Numbered from the stretch's first letter, positions 51,118-64,000 are shown. The stretch is DNA of 64,000 nucleotides from Podarcis cretensis (GCA_951804945.1 OX638160.1:27280001-27344000); one strand, 5' to 3'. Numbers and translations: made by a program. The notes: generated from the letters alone by a model not told the origin.

Positions 51118-53005
51118 AGCTCCCACACCAACCAGAGACACCTGGCAAAGGAACTTCCTCTCTGCTCACAGTCCCAGCCAGAAAGTAAAGGAGAGAAAGT
51201 GGTCACATAGGTGCTGTCCAAAGTCTCATGACTTTTCTTTCCAGCCCACAGGGGACTGGATGTAAAGAGGTTGGTGCTGGTGGAGAAACAGACCTTATTC
51301 CCCTTGCCTCTTGTCTTCTACTGGACTAAATTTTACTGTAAAGTTGGGAATGTGGATCTGAGGTTGTAAATAGCCTCTGTAAGATTTTGTAAGTATATTT
51401 GTATTTAAATTGCAAAGTTCTCACTTTTGTAATTATTTAGAACTTTTTTTAACCAGTTTGCAGCCTCCCCCCCCTCTCTTTCTCTCTCTGAAGGAGAAAG
51501 AAAATAAATGTTCTTCTTTATTTTATTTGCAAAGCTGATATCATAGGAACCAAAATGAGCCCAATAGCTTTCCTTTTCTCACCTCCCACCCCACACGTCA
51601 TGGTAATAGTTGTGTGTCAAGCTGCTTAGGTACAGGATTAAGGATAACTGATTCATAATTTGACATATGTTATAAATTGCCCCACTGATACCAGTAGAAT
51701 TAATGGTTTCAGGAAAATTGTCTGGGTAGGCTGCACGGCTGACTTGATCTGCGCTGCAAGACAAATACAGACAGGGAGTGGAAAAGCCTTAACTCCCATC
51801 TCTGCTCAGCATGACCTGAAGGAATAAAGGAGCAAGCAGTTTTACCTGTTCCACCCCGCCTGGGGAGGAATATGGGAAAGGGAACTGCATGTTATTATTA
51901 CCCAACTGTATTGCCTAGCCCTTGCCTAAGAAAACTTTCTCTCCACCACCAAACTCTTGGTGAGAAAGTTTCCTAAGCTCTGCCTAAAGGTGTGACCTGT
52001 TTTTAAGAAGGATGAAATTGAAAGGTTGGGAGTGATATTTTTCTCACCAGCTGCTCCTTTACACACATCTGACCATTTTAAAGAACTGCTAACTTTTCTC
52101 TTAACTTTGTTAATATATGGAATGGGCAGCCTGCTTTTTAAGCCTGCAAGAGGCAGCTTCTACTTTCTATGGAAATACGGCCATTGGTTGTAATTGTTAA
52201 TCTGTAGTGAGGATGAGGTGGTGCATTTTGATTGTGATTTTGACACTCCATTTCTTAATAGCCTGCTCTTTTGATAGATTTTTTTGTTCTGTTTAATGAG
52301 TTTGCTGGGAGAGAGCCATCAGGAAAAGCGCTATTGAGTCGATTTTTACAAACCTACTCAGTATGACCAAGAAGAAGGGGGGACATAAACCCAGTAAAAG
52401 ATCTCTGCAGCTTGGATTATTCAGATTTTCATAGCATTTATAACACTGACATTTCATTTCTACATATCTTCATAACTGGTGGGTTTTAATTCCTTCTTGT
52501 TAGTAGGTGAATGAAAGGCATGGTGATTTATGCCGCCAAGAAAAATAGATTTCAGTTGAATGATAGGGTGTGAGACCCCAAAGAATCTACAAGCCTGATG
52601 TTTCAATATAGTAATTTATATGTAAAGCTAAAAGAGCCTGTGTATGATTGGTCTGTGTTCTCTCTGAACTGTTATGGCTCATATTTCCTTAACAGGCTTA
52701 TACAAGATGTGTCAATTTTAACTGGCAAACACCTTTTAATATTTAATCCTTTGTATAGCAGCAGACTTGCTGCTCTTCCGATTGTACTGTTTCAAACTTC
52801 TTTTTATATAAGCACCTGTCATAAATATTATCCATGACTTAACCTTACCCTAAAATGCATAGCTATGTGAATTTGGTATGCATTTCTTTCTGTTCACTAT
52901 TGCAAGATCAACTATATTTATAGAGGAATAGAAGTTTATATATAAATATATATAAAATACATATTTTTAATTTCTTTGAAATAAATTGAGGTTTTGTACA
53001 AAATT
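51118..53005 (+). other. FZD1 3' UTR
   Basis: TE-free and AU-rich. AATAAA at 52980-52985 with downstream GT/T-rich sequence; a proximal AATAAA at 51503-51508. Confidence 0.65.
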
Positions 53006-55164
53006 GTCTTGTCCTTTTAACATTCTTCATCAAAATTAAAAATGCGCACCCTGTACTGTTTTAAAACTAAAGCTGTACGTGCTTTTCCCCCATCAAGAAA
53101 AACAGGCTACATTGTATACCTCTTTTCCTTTAATTTAAACCAGTCTTTAAAGGTACATAAAACAGAAATAACTACCTTTCCAACTCTAAAATTCTATAAT
53201 TCTATAATGTGATCTGTGTACAGTTAATGAGGGGTAGAGCTGATGGTATAAAACTTGTTTCTTCTGTCACAGAAGATAAAAAGCTTATAAGTGTTTATTT
53301 TTTTAAAATACCAATTTGGTGCTCTTTTGTGGCATGCTTGCTCCTTTAACACCAATATATGAAAAATTTCACACTGCTCAAATTGCTTTTAGAATTTATG
53401 TTCACAGAATATCAACTTTAGGCAATGCATTTAGAATGCTTAAGTTGGCTACAACAGTAATATGGTTAAGGGTGAAGTGCCTATTTCTGTTCTTTGTAGG
53501 GGAGAAAATATCCTCTTTCACAGTGGTTCATCAGTGATCAAAATACAGTATTTTGATCAAAATAAATATTTTAGTCTCCTAATGAAATAGCATTTTAAAT
53601 AGCATTTACTGACTTTAGGAAATGTTATATATAACCAATAGTACTAAAAGAAAACCAAGTAAATGACAAAGTATGTGATAACACAATGGTACAGAAACTT
53701 ATAGAATACAGATCAGGATGGCACACAAACTTTAAAAACAGAATATATATAATTTTGCAGTAGTTTAAGAGAATAAAAATGAAAACAGTTAAAAAATACC
53801 TTAAACATTTCAGCTCAAATTATGTAAGCAACCACACTTAATTTCATTTGGTATGTAGTTCTGTTCTAATCAGATCAATTTTATAGTTCTGAATACATTA
53901 GGTATTTTTAATTGAACAGTCATATTGAGTCTAAATGCATATATGATGCATGGAATGAGAGAAGGCCGGGTCCATTTACTCTAAAAGGAATGACTATTGA
54001 GGTGTCTGGACCTTAAACTTCATTATCATTGAGTGACTTTCCAGTTAATGGTATTTGCTCAGTTTTTATTTTCTTTTGCACATTTGTGTACATGCTTTTC
54101 ATGCACATCATGCCCCTCTCATGGCCTTGTTGAAGACGAAGACACAAGGCTGTCTTTCTACAACAATCCTAGGACTGAAAACAACCCCTATCTGCTGCCT
54201 TTAACACAACAGTAGCATACCCTGATTTTTTATGTAATCAATGTACTAAGTAGAGCTCAGTTGAGGCTCTGCTTTTGTTGCCCCTCTACTGACAGCCACA
54301 TTACAGCAGCCTAGGCATGGTGGGGTTGGCCACTGAGCCATAACATAACTGCTCCATTTCTTCTTCCTGCTTGCAGCACTGTACATAAGCTACTTCACTG
54401 TTTTGTCTTACTCTACACAGATTTGAATTTGTCACTATCCCAACAGTTTCAAACTTTCCAGTTACCATTTCATTTTTTTTTTTACCATTTCATTTTCAAG
54501 TGAAACACACGCTGAAACATTTCCATACCAGTTTATCCCTGACATTGTCTTGTTTGTCAGGAATGAAATAAACCACAATCCCTGGTTCAGATGCAACATT
54601 AAGCCAGGGATTGCCATAGCAGGGTCCAAGAGCCATCCTACCATCTTCCCAAAGCTGGGAAAGTGCTGCCTGGGCTTTGGGAAGGAGGCTGGAGGACTCC
54701 AGGACCTTGTCAGAGGTCAGAGTCTTGTGACTCCTTCCACTATTTTTCTTACTGGGCTTTGAGAAGGTGACCACTCGGCTCTGCACCCAATGTATGCACA
54801 CTGCTTGGACAGCCCAAAATCCACCTCTGGTTTCTACTACTGTGTACTAGGAGGAGGAGTGAACAGATCAGAAGGTGTGGTCATGGTAAAGTATTAACCA
54901 TGGTTTACTGTGACATGCAGGTAAGGCAATGGAATGCACAGTGACCGGTAGCTCTTTGTTTTTATTTAAACTCCAGCATCTACAAGGGCCTAGCTGAGCT
55001 TCCTTGCACTGTAGGAGAGTGTCACTGGTTTTTTAAAATGAAGGCTACATTTAATAAAATGCATCCAGTGTGCGAAGTACGTGGGACTTCAAGATTCTCA
55101 TAGTTCATTTCAGGACAGAATGTCTTCTACCTGATGGCCTTACTTTCACAGTCTTAGAAACATG

Positions 55165-55330
55165 TAACCTGGCGAGTTCAAATGCTCACTCAGCCATGAA
55201 GTTGAATGGGTGACTTTGTGCCAGCCACTAACTCTCAGCCCAACCTGACTCACAGGGTTGTTGTGAAGGTAAAATATGGCAGGGAGAACCAAGTACGCCA
55301 CTTTGACACCCCTGGAGGAAAAAATGGTAA
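55165..55330 (+). mobile_element. CORE/MIR-like SINE; minus-strand relatives at ~25030-25130 and ~43665-43830
   Basis: gagttcaaatgc B-box, gggtgactttg...ctctcagcc, and cacagggttgttgtgaagg MIR-like 3' segment. Confidence 0.7.
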
Positions 55331-55809
55331 TCAATCTGACTTGTTACCCCTGGGAGTTTTCATAACCTTATAAAAAGTTATTGTACATTCAGCTCACCTG
55401 ATTGAAGTACTGGCTGACTATGCAATGATCTGTGTGAGTAAAAAGCAAAATGTCTTTCACACCTCACAGAGAATAAGATTTCATTCCAGTGTTCAGAGTA
55501 CAGAAAATGTGATAATGTTAATTATGTCACATGATTTAAAAAACCGATAGGATGCAGTTTGAGACAAAATAATACCAGTGCTTCTAGGATTGCCATTGTC
55601 CATTAAAATTAATTAATTAATTAATTTACTGCTACCAGTTGACATTTTCACTGTGCTCTCTGCTGTAACCCCTAAATCTCTTTCCTGATTAGTTGCTGCC
55701 AGTTCAGATCCCATCTATCTATATATGAAGCTTGAAATCTTTTTTTCGTGCTTTGCTTTACACTTATTTACACAGAACCTCATTTGCCTTAATTAAAACA
55801 ACAACAACT

Positions 55810-55945
55810 TCAAGAGATCCTCTTTGGAGTTCTGTGCAGCCTTGAATAGCTCTGTGTCATCTGCAGGCCTGGCTACCTCACTAATTGCTGGTGACACCGG
55901 ATAATTTTTGAACCGATTTAACAGTCCTGGTCCCAATACAGATTA
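55810..55945 (-). mobile_element. Decayed CR1 reverse-transcriptase fragment
   Basis: Minus-strand translation gives SVLGPGLLN...SEVARPADDTELF, matching CR1 GSVLGPVLFN...SEVAKFADDTKLF. Confidence 0.7.
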
Positions 55946-57714
55946 TTTTATGATCCTCTTGAAAGCATATTATTATGGTAACATGCTTTGCCCATGAACA
56001 TCTCAATTTTGGGGGGAGGAATAGGAGCTATGCTACATTAAGCACACATGCAAACCTGCCCTCTAGGAACATAGTCCTTGGAGTGCTGCATTCACTTGCC
56101 AGCACACAATCCTCCTATACACAGCTGATCTTGAGTTAATGCTAATCAGTACACTGTAAGCAAAGAGAGAGATTATCCAGTTGCTCAGAGTCAAATAGTG
56201 CTAAGTATTGCTGATAAAGCAGCTCTTTATGGAATGATTTTAGATTAGAAATGGGGTGGGGAGAACCATCAATAAAATTTTCTCCCTGGAAAACTGGAGT
56301 GTAATTAACCAACGTGTAAATGCTACTATAGTAACCAGACAACGAGGTTCTTTTTCAAGGTGAAACTGAACTGAGTTTCCAAGTCCTACAAAACATTACA
56401 TAATATCCTTAAATATGTTACTTTGGGTGTGATCCAGTCCCAGAATTATGCTGCCTGGGGACTTTTAAGATTCGGGGAAAGCCTAGCTGTGCTGGAGGGA
56501 TGCATCATATTGATATGCAGGCAAAACACTCCTGATATACTTGCCAAAGCTCTAACACTCTTGCTCTCAATGGTAAGGAGCACAGGGGAGGCACCCATCA
56601 TTTCCACATCAGAGGCAAAGTCTCAGTGGGCAAAGGCCAGGCACATCACTCCAACCACCATTAGCCAAATGCTCATGAGCACCTATGTCATCCAGAATCG
56701 CAGCCCGGATGCACAAAGCAGAGCAAACAAGGCACCATCTACAACCACAGTACTTAGCTACAACCACCACCAAGAAGGAGGAGGAGGAAGCATACTCACT
56801 GGCACTTCTGTTTCTGCCTCACCATCCCAGCAGGCTCCCATTCACCTACAAGCTTCATGGCAGATAGCAACACTTTCCTGTTGCAAAACATGCATGACCA
56901 GCCCAAGAAAACTTGATGCCAAAGGAAAACACCATGTGGATATATTTTTGCATCAACCAATCCACTTACGTGGAAGTAGTTGTAGCCACTCACATGGTTT
57001 ATCACCTTTTAAAGCTGCCACAATCATGCAATTAGTCACAGCTGGTACAACAGCCAGGCTAAACTTAGGAACAAATGAGATGCAGTACTATTCAGGCCAT
57101 TAGCAATTGCATGGATAGCTGTAAATCACAGGGGTGGGACGGATCAGGATCCTGCAATGGAAATAAGGGGGTTTCAACCTCCCTGCTGTGGTTTGGATTG
57201 GGGGTGCTTTACCTGCTCTTTGCATTGGACAAAAAAAATAATCTCATTGTTATAGAGAGTAGGGAAGCTTAGAGTTAAATGGTAGAAAATTGATAAAATA
57301 TTTAAGATGACCCTCTGTTGCACTTCAATAACTTAGTGGCCTTTCCTGCATCCATTCCTCACCCTTCCTAAATGAGCAACCAAGGTTGACCTTTGCGAAC
57401 CTTGTTTCATCCCCGCCAACATCTGGGTGCAGTGTAGGCCACTGTGTCAATTTCACAAGCAAAGACTAACAAAGGCTGGGTCTTGGGCCTTACTGTAGGC
57501 TCCTACTGCTCTGTATTGAGTAGGTGGTGGTTGCTAAGTATCCATTGAACTCTTCAGTTCTGGGTTTAACACCAGCATCAGAGCTGGGGCATTTGGGTGT
57601 CTAGGTAAGCTGTACATTTTAGTGACTTCCCTGGGAGTGTGCCTGGGTACAGAGAATGGTAAGGACTCTCTTAAGGATACGTCATGCTCCCATTTACTCA
57701 TTCATTCTGTAGTT

Positions 57715-57837
57715 CAGGGGTAGGAAGCTTGTGACCCTCCAGATATTGGACCACAGCTCCCATCAGCCCCAGCCCATGAGAATGATGGGAGTTGTAGTAT
57801 AGCAATTTCTGGAGGCTCAAGTAGTTCCCCATTCCTG
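57715..57837. mobile_element. Short hAT-type MITE
   Basis: caggggtaggaagc...ctccag / ctggagg...gttccccattcctg, with an internal ctcccatc/gatgggag hairpin. Confidence 0.75.
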
Positions 57838-57952
57838 CACTAAAAAACACAAAAGGGGGAAAGGGGGGGGGGAGTCCAATGTAATTCTTATCAGGCGCAT
57901 CTCTTTCTAAATTGTTCTTGACAAATTATCCTTTTCTACATGGAAACGAATC

Positions 57953-58322
57953 TGAAATATACTCAGAGTCGCAAAGTGATTTCATGCTCTTTATTCAGCT
58001 CATAGTGGTGAGGAGGAATGAATGAATGTCCCCTCAAAGTATCTGCTTTATATACATTATTTACACAATGGGCTGCACATGATTGGATAATTCTGGAATT
58101 CTACTGTAAGCCAATCAGGTTGTGGATTCACTTATATCTGGAGCATGATTGGGTGGTTCCTGCCAACCAATCATACTGCTGCATTGTTCTAAGACCAATC
58201 AGACTGCTGCATTCTGAATCCTATTGTTCTAGGACCAATCAGACTGCTGCAATTTGGATCCTATTGTTCTAGGACCAATCAGACTGCTGCAGTTTGGATC
58301 CTATTCAACTCAGTACATAACA
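57953..58322 (-). mobile_element. Intact solo LTR (370 bp) with 5-bp TSD
   Basis: GAATC at 57948-57952 and 58323-58327; TG...CA termini; minus-strand order is CCAAT array, TATATAAA (~58047-58054), AATAAA (~57990). Confidence 0.9.
58183..58302. repeat. 3 x 40-bp tandem repeat inside the LTR U3
   Basis: Unit attgttctaggaccaatcagactgctgcaatttggatcct. Confidence 0.92.
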
Positions 58323-59494
58323 GAATCCATGTCGAAAAAGGCATAAAACACACTTTGGCTTTCCCCCCTCTTGTTCTTTGGTGATGATGTTTTAGTCTTC
58401 TTAACACACTATTATTTGTCAAGCTGCTCGCAAGATCCTGGAAAATCTCCAAAATGTATGTTGAGCCAGGCGATAATAGCATAGCTTTGGCACATACACT
58501 TACAAAAGTCTGTCATCATGGCAGAATCCCCCCAAATATTTAACATGTTGATTTCCCAGAATTTGTGATTAGCAGATGGGTCCAGAGGAACAAAGCAAAC
58601 ATTACTCTTCCTATAAAATGGAAAGGGGTGTGTATGTGTGTATGTGAAGATTTAAAACCATCTTAGATAATTCACCAAATCTCCTTCATTTCACAGTGAC
58701 CATATAGTCACCCCCATGTTTGAAAAGGTTGTGTGAATGTGACCACCCATACTTAGCTTGTGCCTTGAATTCCGAAGCTAACCTGTCAGATCTATTTTTA
58801 AAAGAAGCCACGTTTGTGCCTCTACAATTCCCTAACGACTGGTGTGAGTGTAAATATCCTTCCATCATATGCTGCAAAGCCGTTATTAAAATACATCAGA
58901 ATACTCTTTCAAAGCTGTTTTTCCCCCGCCCCTCTACAGCAGTTCTGTAAATAGTCTTTCTCTGAAGTGTTAGCATTTTATTGAAGTCGAGCTTGTATTG
59001 CTAAGGGGGATGAGAGGAGGTGCTTCTTGGGATATTAATTTTGTTGCAGCATTTTGGGTTTATTTATCATCCTGTTTATATGTCACACTTTTAGTTTATG
59101 GTTATGTTTTGCTTATTGAAACTGCCCAGAGCCCTGGAGTTAGAGACGTGCTGGATTGGTGGGCAAGTATTAATAAGGACAGAACAACACATAGAAGGAA
59201 TCATTTATAGTAATTCCCGTCTAAGCTATGACTGCATACACATCACACAGAGATTTCTAGAACTAGAACTGTTTCTCAGTGTGATTAATCAATCTCTTCA
59301 GTGCTTAAAAACAGCAACACCCAGATTTCAGATTAACCGAAAAGGAAATAATATAATTTCCATTTACCATGCATCTCATCAAATGCTGACACCATCCATT
59401 GCTATCTTTTTCAAATGAATGCATCACAGGTTGATTGAACAGCCATGCTTTGTTGGTGCTGCAAAGCGGTTGGACTGCTAACATGCACCAAACA

Positions 59495-59846
59495 CGTACC
59501 CTCCAACATTTCTCCAATGAAAATAGAGACATCCTATTCCATAATGATAACTTTACTATTTACACCTCACACATCTTGCTGTGTTGCCCCAGCCACTCTG
59601 AGCAGGTTCCAATCTATATATAAAAACATAAGGAAACAGTAAACATTTTTTTTTAAAAAAACTTCCCTACACAGGATTGCCTTCAGACAGCTCAGGGGTC
59701 GGATAACTCCATACCCTCCAACATTTCTCCACTGAAAATAGGGACAACCTAAGGAAAAGTGGGACATTCTGGGGTCAAATCAGAGACTGGGATGGCTTCT
59801 CTAAATCAGAGAAGTCCTTGGAAAATAGGGACCCCTGGAGGGTCTG
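59495..59846. mobile_element. Composite MITE with duplicated left end and internal L2-derived segment
   Basis: taccctccaacatttctcca.tgaaaatag.gaca occurs at 59495 and 59710; the right end tggagggtctg is its inverted partner. Confidence 0.75.
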
Positions 59847-61828
59847 GAAACATATAAGCAAAAATAGGCACCCTTTTCCTCCAGGTGCTCTTCTCTGCGA
59901 GAGTTGGTTCCTCTGATGCTGGGAGAGGAGTGACAGACTGGGCCATGCTGGGTGTGCCTGCTTCAGGCCCCCTCAAAAACCTGTGCCTGAGGCCACGACC
60001 CTCTGGCACCCCTCACACTATGCCCCTGCAGTCTGGTGAAGTCACCAGAGGAGGGCACAGAGCACAACCAGTGAAAGGCGTGGCCTATTCAGAGCACATT
60101 TGGCCTCTGAGCCTGAGGTCCCTCACTCACTTTAAGGACCAAAATGTAGAGTATCATAAAAGCGGTAGAAAATATTAGAAACGGCCACATTCTGAATTTC
60201 AGCATCAAACGTTTATCTGAAGCTGAAACTTGATGGGTACTTTGCCCTTCTCCCTATCTAGGATTTGAGGTAGGGATGGCTAAACGGTTCCACTTGGATT
60301 TGTGCATCAAGGCCACCATGAAACGTCTTCTAATTCTTGGGTAAGTAGCAACTCAGGTCTGCTGGTGGCCACTGAAGAAGGAGCAGCTGCCATATTTATG
60401 TAATAGCACATGAATAACTTGCAGACACTTCGATCTGCATATTACTGACCCAGATGAGGCAAATTTAATGCTTTAATTTGTTAGTTTGATTGCTCATATG
60501 GTATGCATGTATCTATATATACATATTTCTGTGCGTGTATGCATGTGTGTCCACACTCACAAACACTGGTTCATTGCAAAACATTGTGACAAACCGCAAG
60601 CATATTTTTCTGCAGCTAAAGCTTAAGCCTTATCACAGTCTGAAAATGTGGAAAATCAATTATATGGTCTGAATTATTCTTTTCTTTCTCTCTTTTCCTT
60701 TCTTAAGTGCAAGTTTCTTTTTCCTTTCAGAGTAGTGTGTGCTTCGTAACATCCGCCACTAACAAGCTGTTAGGACTTTTTGCTAAATTAATACACTGGA
60801 AGTAAGCTAAACAGAAGGCTTGTGGAATTCCAAGCATTCACTTTCTCTTCTGTTGTGGCTGCCTTTCAGCTTGGGAACCTTCCGTCCTGTTGCTATAACA
60901 TCTGGACAACATTTGGGGCTGTCTCTCAAGCACACGGGGTGTGCACCGCCGGTGAATTTCAACTTTCAACATCTCCCTGCCTCTAATCTATATTTAATGT
61001 TTCATGACTGGTAGTCAGAGAAACTTCAGCTAACTACCAGGTTGGAATGAAAATGATCCTTGGGAAAACAGTCATTTTTTTCCCTCCAGCCTATGCCAGC
61101 AAAGTATCTGTGACAGAGATGCTCCTTGGAGATTTGTAGCCCATTCACTCGCAGTAATAATAATTAAGACTCATGATTACTGTGCCCGCATAATCAAAGA
61201 TTGCTTCATAAAATGTACTCCCTAAGGGGACAAATTTCTCTGTTCTTAACTGGATGTCAGTCATAAGGATCAGCACCCCTAGGGATCTCCAGTCTTTTGC
61301 CTGCCCTTTTCATTACTCTGTTGTTAGCATTGTATTATTCTTCTCAATGCAAATGAGTAGGTAATCATGTGTAAATCGTGCCCTCCAGAAGGCACATGTA
61401 GAGAGTCACCCCCCCCTTAAAAAAAAAATCTACCACAGGGATTTCTCACATAGAACATAATTACATCTCAGCCATATGGGCTCATTTATATTCTATTACA
61501 GGTTAAGCTAATACGACTGCGAAATATGCTAAAAATACCTCAAAGTGTTATGAGTGCTGTCAAAACACTTGTCATTTCTCGCCTGCCTGTTTGATTGCTA
61601 GTGACTCTATATTTATTTAAGAATCCACAGAGCCAGGGAACCTAGGAAAACAAATTTGAGAGGCATTTTTTCATGTTGTCCAATCTGAAATCAAGATAGC
61701 TGGTTGCTGAAATGCTACATTCCTCTCCTCCTCAAGCTCTGTCCCACCTTTAAAACACTGGGGCAGAGCCTCCTCTCCTCTCCCCACCCCCCACCCCGGT
61801 CCATGGGACAGAGGCCATGCCTACCCAT

Positions 61829-61976
61829 CAGTGGCGTAGCGTGGGGGGTGCAGGGGGGGGCCGGCCGCACCGGGCGCAACATCTGGGGGGTAGGGTTAGG
61901 GGGCGCAAATCCACGGGTTAGGGGGCGCAAATTACTTGCCTTGCCCCGGGTGCTGACAACCCACGCTACGCCACTG
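61829..61976. mobile_element. Very young 148-bp hAT MITE
   Basis: Perfect 17-bp TIR CAGTGGCGTAGCGTGGG / CCCACGCTACGCCACTG, perfect 8-bp TSD CTACCCAT, CpG-rich interior. Confidence 0.95.
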
Positions 61977-62369
61977 CTACCCATTATTTCAGGTAAGTTT
62001 TGTAATCTGTATACTATCCTCTTTTTATTACTGGGCATTTTAAAAATACTGTAACAACAAAGCTAGCCTTCTTTAGGCTAAATACATATCTGATCAGGTG
62101 GTATTTCACCCACAAGAAAGCATGAGGGAAATTACAGGGAAATGTTAAAACATTGTGACCTTTTCTTGTTATGAAACAAAGGGGGGAAATATTAGGCTAA
62201 AATAATTCTAGACTAACTTAGGCTGATGGATGAATATAGGCACAGTGACCAGGAAGTGGGGGGGGGGTGATTCCCCACCCCCACCCTAATGCTGGCCTGG
62301 GAAGAGAACCACAATGATTACATTATTTTTAAAAGGGCCTTTACCTTTTACAGGTCAGAAAACGTTCCA

Positions 62370-62540
62370 TCTTGCCCAGTATTATCTACTCCAACTGGGC
62401 CATGAGTCTTCAGGGGATCAGACCAAGGCATTTCCCATCATTTGCCATCTGATTTTTGTAAACGGTGATGCCAGCAAACTGAACTCAATACCTTCTGCAT
62501 GCCAGGCACATGCTTTCCCTACCATGGAGCTGCAGGTCCT
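62370..62540 (-). mobile_element. tRNA-derived SINE (Squam3-like)
   Basis: Reverse-complement similarity to 36155-36351 (tgaactcaataccttctgcatgccaggcacatgct...gagct). Confidence 0.65.
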
Positions 62541-62707
62541 AATGTGGTTTCTCTTTTGTCAAGTCTTAAGATCACTGTGGGGCTGGTTTTAATGGATAGG
62601 AGAGGAAATATTAATTGCAATTTATCCCTCCAGGCACCCACGTGTGTGGGTTGGACAGTTTCAAAATCCCATCCTTGGCAGCAAAAATAAAAGCTTAGAA
62701 AATAGGC

Positions 62708-63166
62708 TGTAACACATTGTTTGGAGCAAGTCCAGCTACAAAGTCAGATAGTTTCCCCCTTCTTACCCCACTCAATAAAGAATCAGGTAACAACTTGTAA
62801 AGTAAAGATTTACTTTTTTTATAATCATGCTCTGGTCCACAAACAAAAGCAGCCGTAAAAACTATGCAGGCAAAATATTTACAGTATAACCAGCTTCAAG
62901 CTGGTGCTTAAAGCTACAGCTTGGAGGCATGTTTGCATCTAACAGATAGAGGAACAGGAAGTACAGATAGAGGAACAGGAAGTACTATATGCTCCTTCCT
63001 CTCCAAGAGAGGAAGAGAAATGACATCACACAGAGCCCTCTCTACAAATTGTATTTCTATGGTCTGAATATCTGCCTATCAGCAATACCGCTCCATGGAC
63101 TTAGCCCCCTCTCATGCTAACTAGCAAAAATATGCATTTGTTAGGTCTGACTGCTGATCTCCTACA
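62708..63166 (-). mobile_element. Possible solo LTR with a 21-bp tandem duplication
   Basis: TGTA...TACA ends; acagatagaggaacaggaagt x2 at 62942-62983; no clear TSD. Confidence 0.4.
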
Positions 63167-63384
63167 GTCACAACAGTTGATTTTCCACATTTTTGTGTAA
63201 ATTCATTGCTCTAACACTGCACCTCTCACAGGAATAGATTGCTTGAGAGAGCAATATTTTTTAAACAAGTAAGCCAGCAGCTGAGCATTTTAATCAACTC
63301 TCATCCTTGTTCATATGTTCAGCACTGAAATAGCAACAAACAGAAGTGCACCATTAGGATGAATTAGCCTGCTAGCCACTATAA

Positions 63385-63655
63385 GTAGGGCCTTCTCAGT
63401 AGTGGCTCCTATCTTATGGAATTCCAAAAGATATATGGCTGGCTCCAGATTTTTCATGAAGTTTCATGTGTTTCCCTAGCCTTTATTTTACCCCCCCCCC
63501 TTTACTTCTGCTGAAGTTTTATGGCACTTTAAAATGTATAGTTTTTAATTTTACTGATTGCTTTGTTGTGTTTGGCCTATTGCTTTGTATTATGTTTTTG
63601 CACATGTTGTAAACTGCCCTGATATAATTTTAATGCAGGGTGGCATGCAAATATT

Positions 63656-63687
<32 letters not shown>

Positions 63688-63690
63688 ATA
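63385..63690 (+). mobile_element. L2 LINE 3' end with (TAAA)n tail
   Basis: agggccttctcagtagtggctcct...tggaattcc; tgtaaactgccctga; (TAAA)n at 63657-63690. Confidence 0.75.
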
Positions 63691-63937
63691 CCAGATAGTT
63701 TGCAATGAGAATAGGGTTCTCCATTTGAGCATCCGTTTGTGCAGAAGCCCAGTTTGCAGAATTCTACAACAGGACAAGCCAGGTCTCCATGGTACAACCA
63801 TCATGTTGTATCAGCACAGACCTCAGCTGAACTTACAAACCGGAGCCTAGTTTCACTAAAATGCCCTGTGTTGCTGTGTTTCATTCAAACTGGGGTGATT
63901 GGTGCTGAGAATCTATAAGCATGAACTCAACAGTCTT

Positions 63938-64000
63938 CGTAAGAACAAAACACAAGAAGAGCTCTGCTGGGTGAGCCCAATGACCCATCTAGTCCAGTAT
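63938..64000 (-). mobile_element. CR1-family 3' terminus running off the window
   Basis: taagaaca...aagaagagctctgctgg...cccatctagtccag. Confidence 0.6.

Noticed and set aside
56423-57103. 226-aa ORF
   Set aside because: Non-ATG start, no recognisable domain or splice context; probably chance or a decayed repeat.
58183-58302. CRISPR-like array
   Set aside because: Head-to-tail repeats with no unique spacers, inside a eukaryotic LTR.

Overview
Vertebrate genomic DNA. The repeat families (CR1, L2, tRNA-derived SINEs, CAGTGGTACCTC Tigger-type MITEs, hAT MITEs) point to a squamate, probably a lacertid lizard (inference). The only confident protein-coding gene is the intronless Wnt receptor FZD1 (49336-51117, +), with a CpG-island 5' end and a 3' UTR of about 1.9 kb. 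A long non-coding terminal exon at about 25574-29975 (+) resembles the CDK14 3' UTR as I recall it and fits the known CDK14-FZD1 synteny, so 1-25573 is probably CDK14's last intron. The rest is intronic or intergenic DNA rich in transposable elements, including young insertions with intact TSDs and nested or chimeric elements. I found no new multi-gene system. The best leads are: (i) both N-runs in FZD1 are exactly the length of the missing conserved protein segments, so they look like masks rather than gaps, which suggests the third N-run (22182-22337) may hide a highly conserved non-coding element; (ii) a polybasic uORF upstream of FZD1; (iii) an intact solo LTR with a CCAAT-box array pointing antisense at FZD1; (iv) a MITE carrying an L2 LINE tail. 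Most ORFs in the supplied track are spurious.
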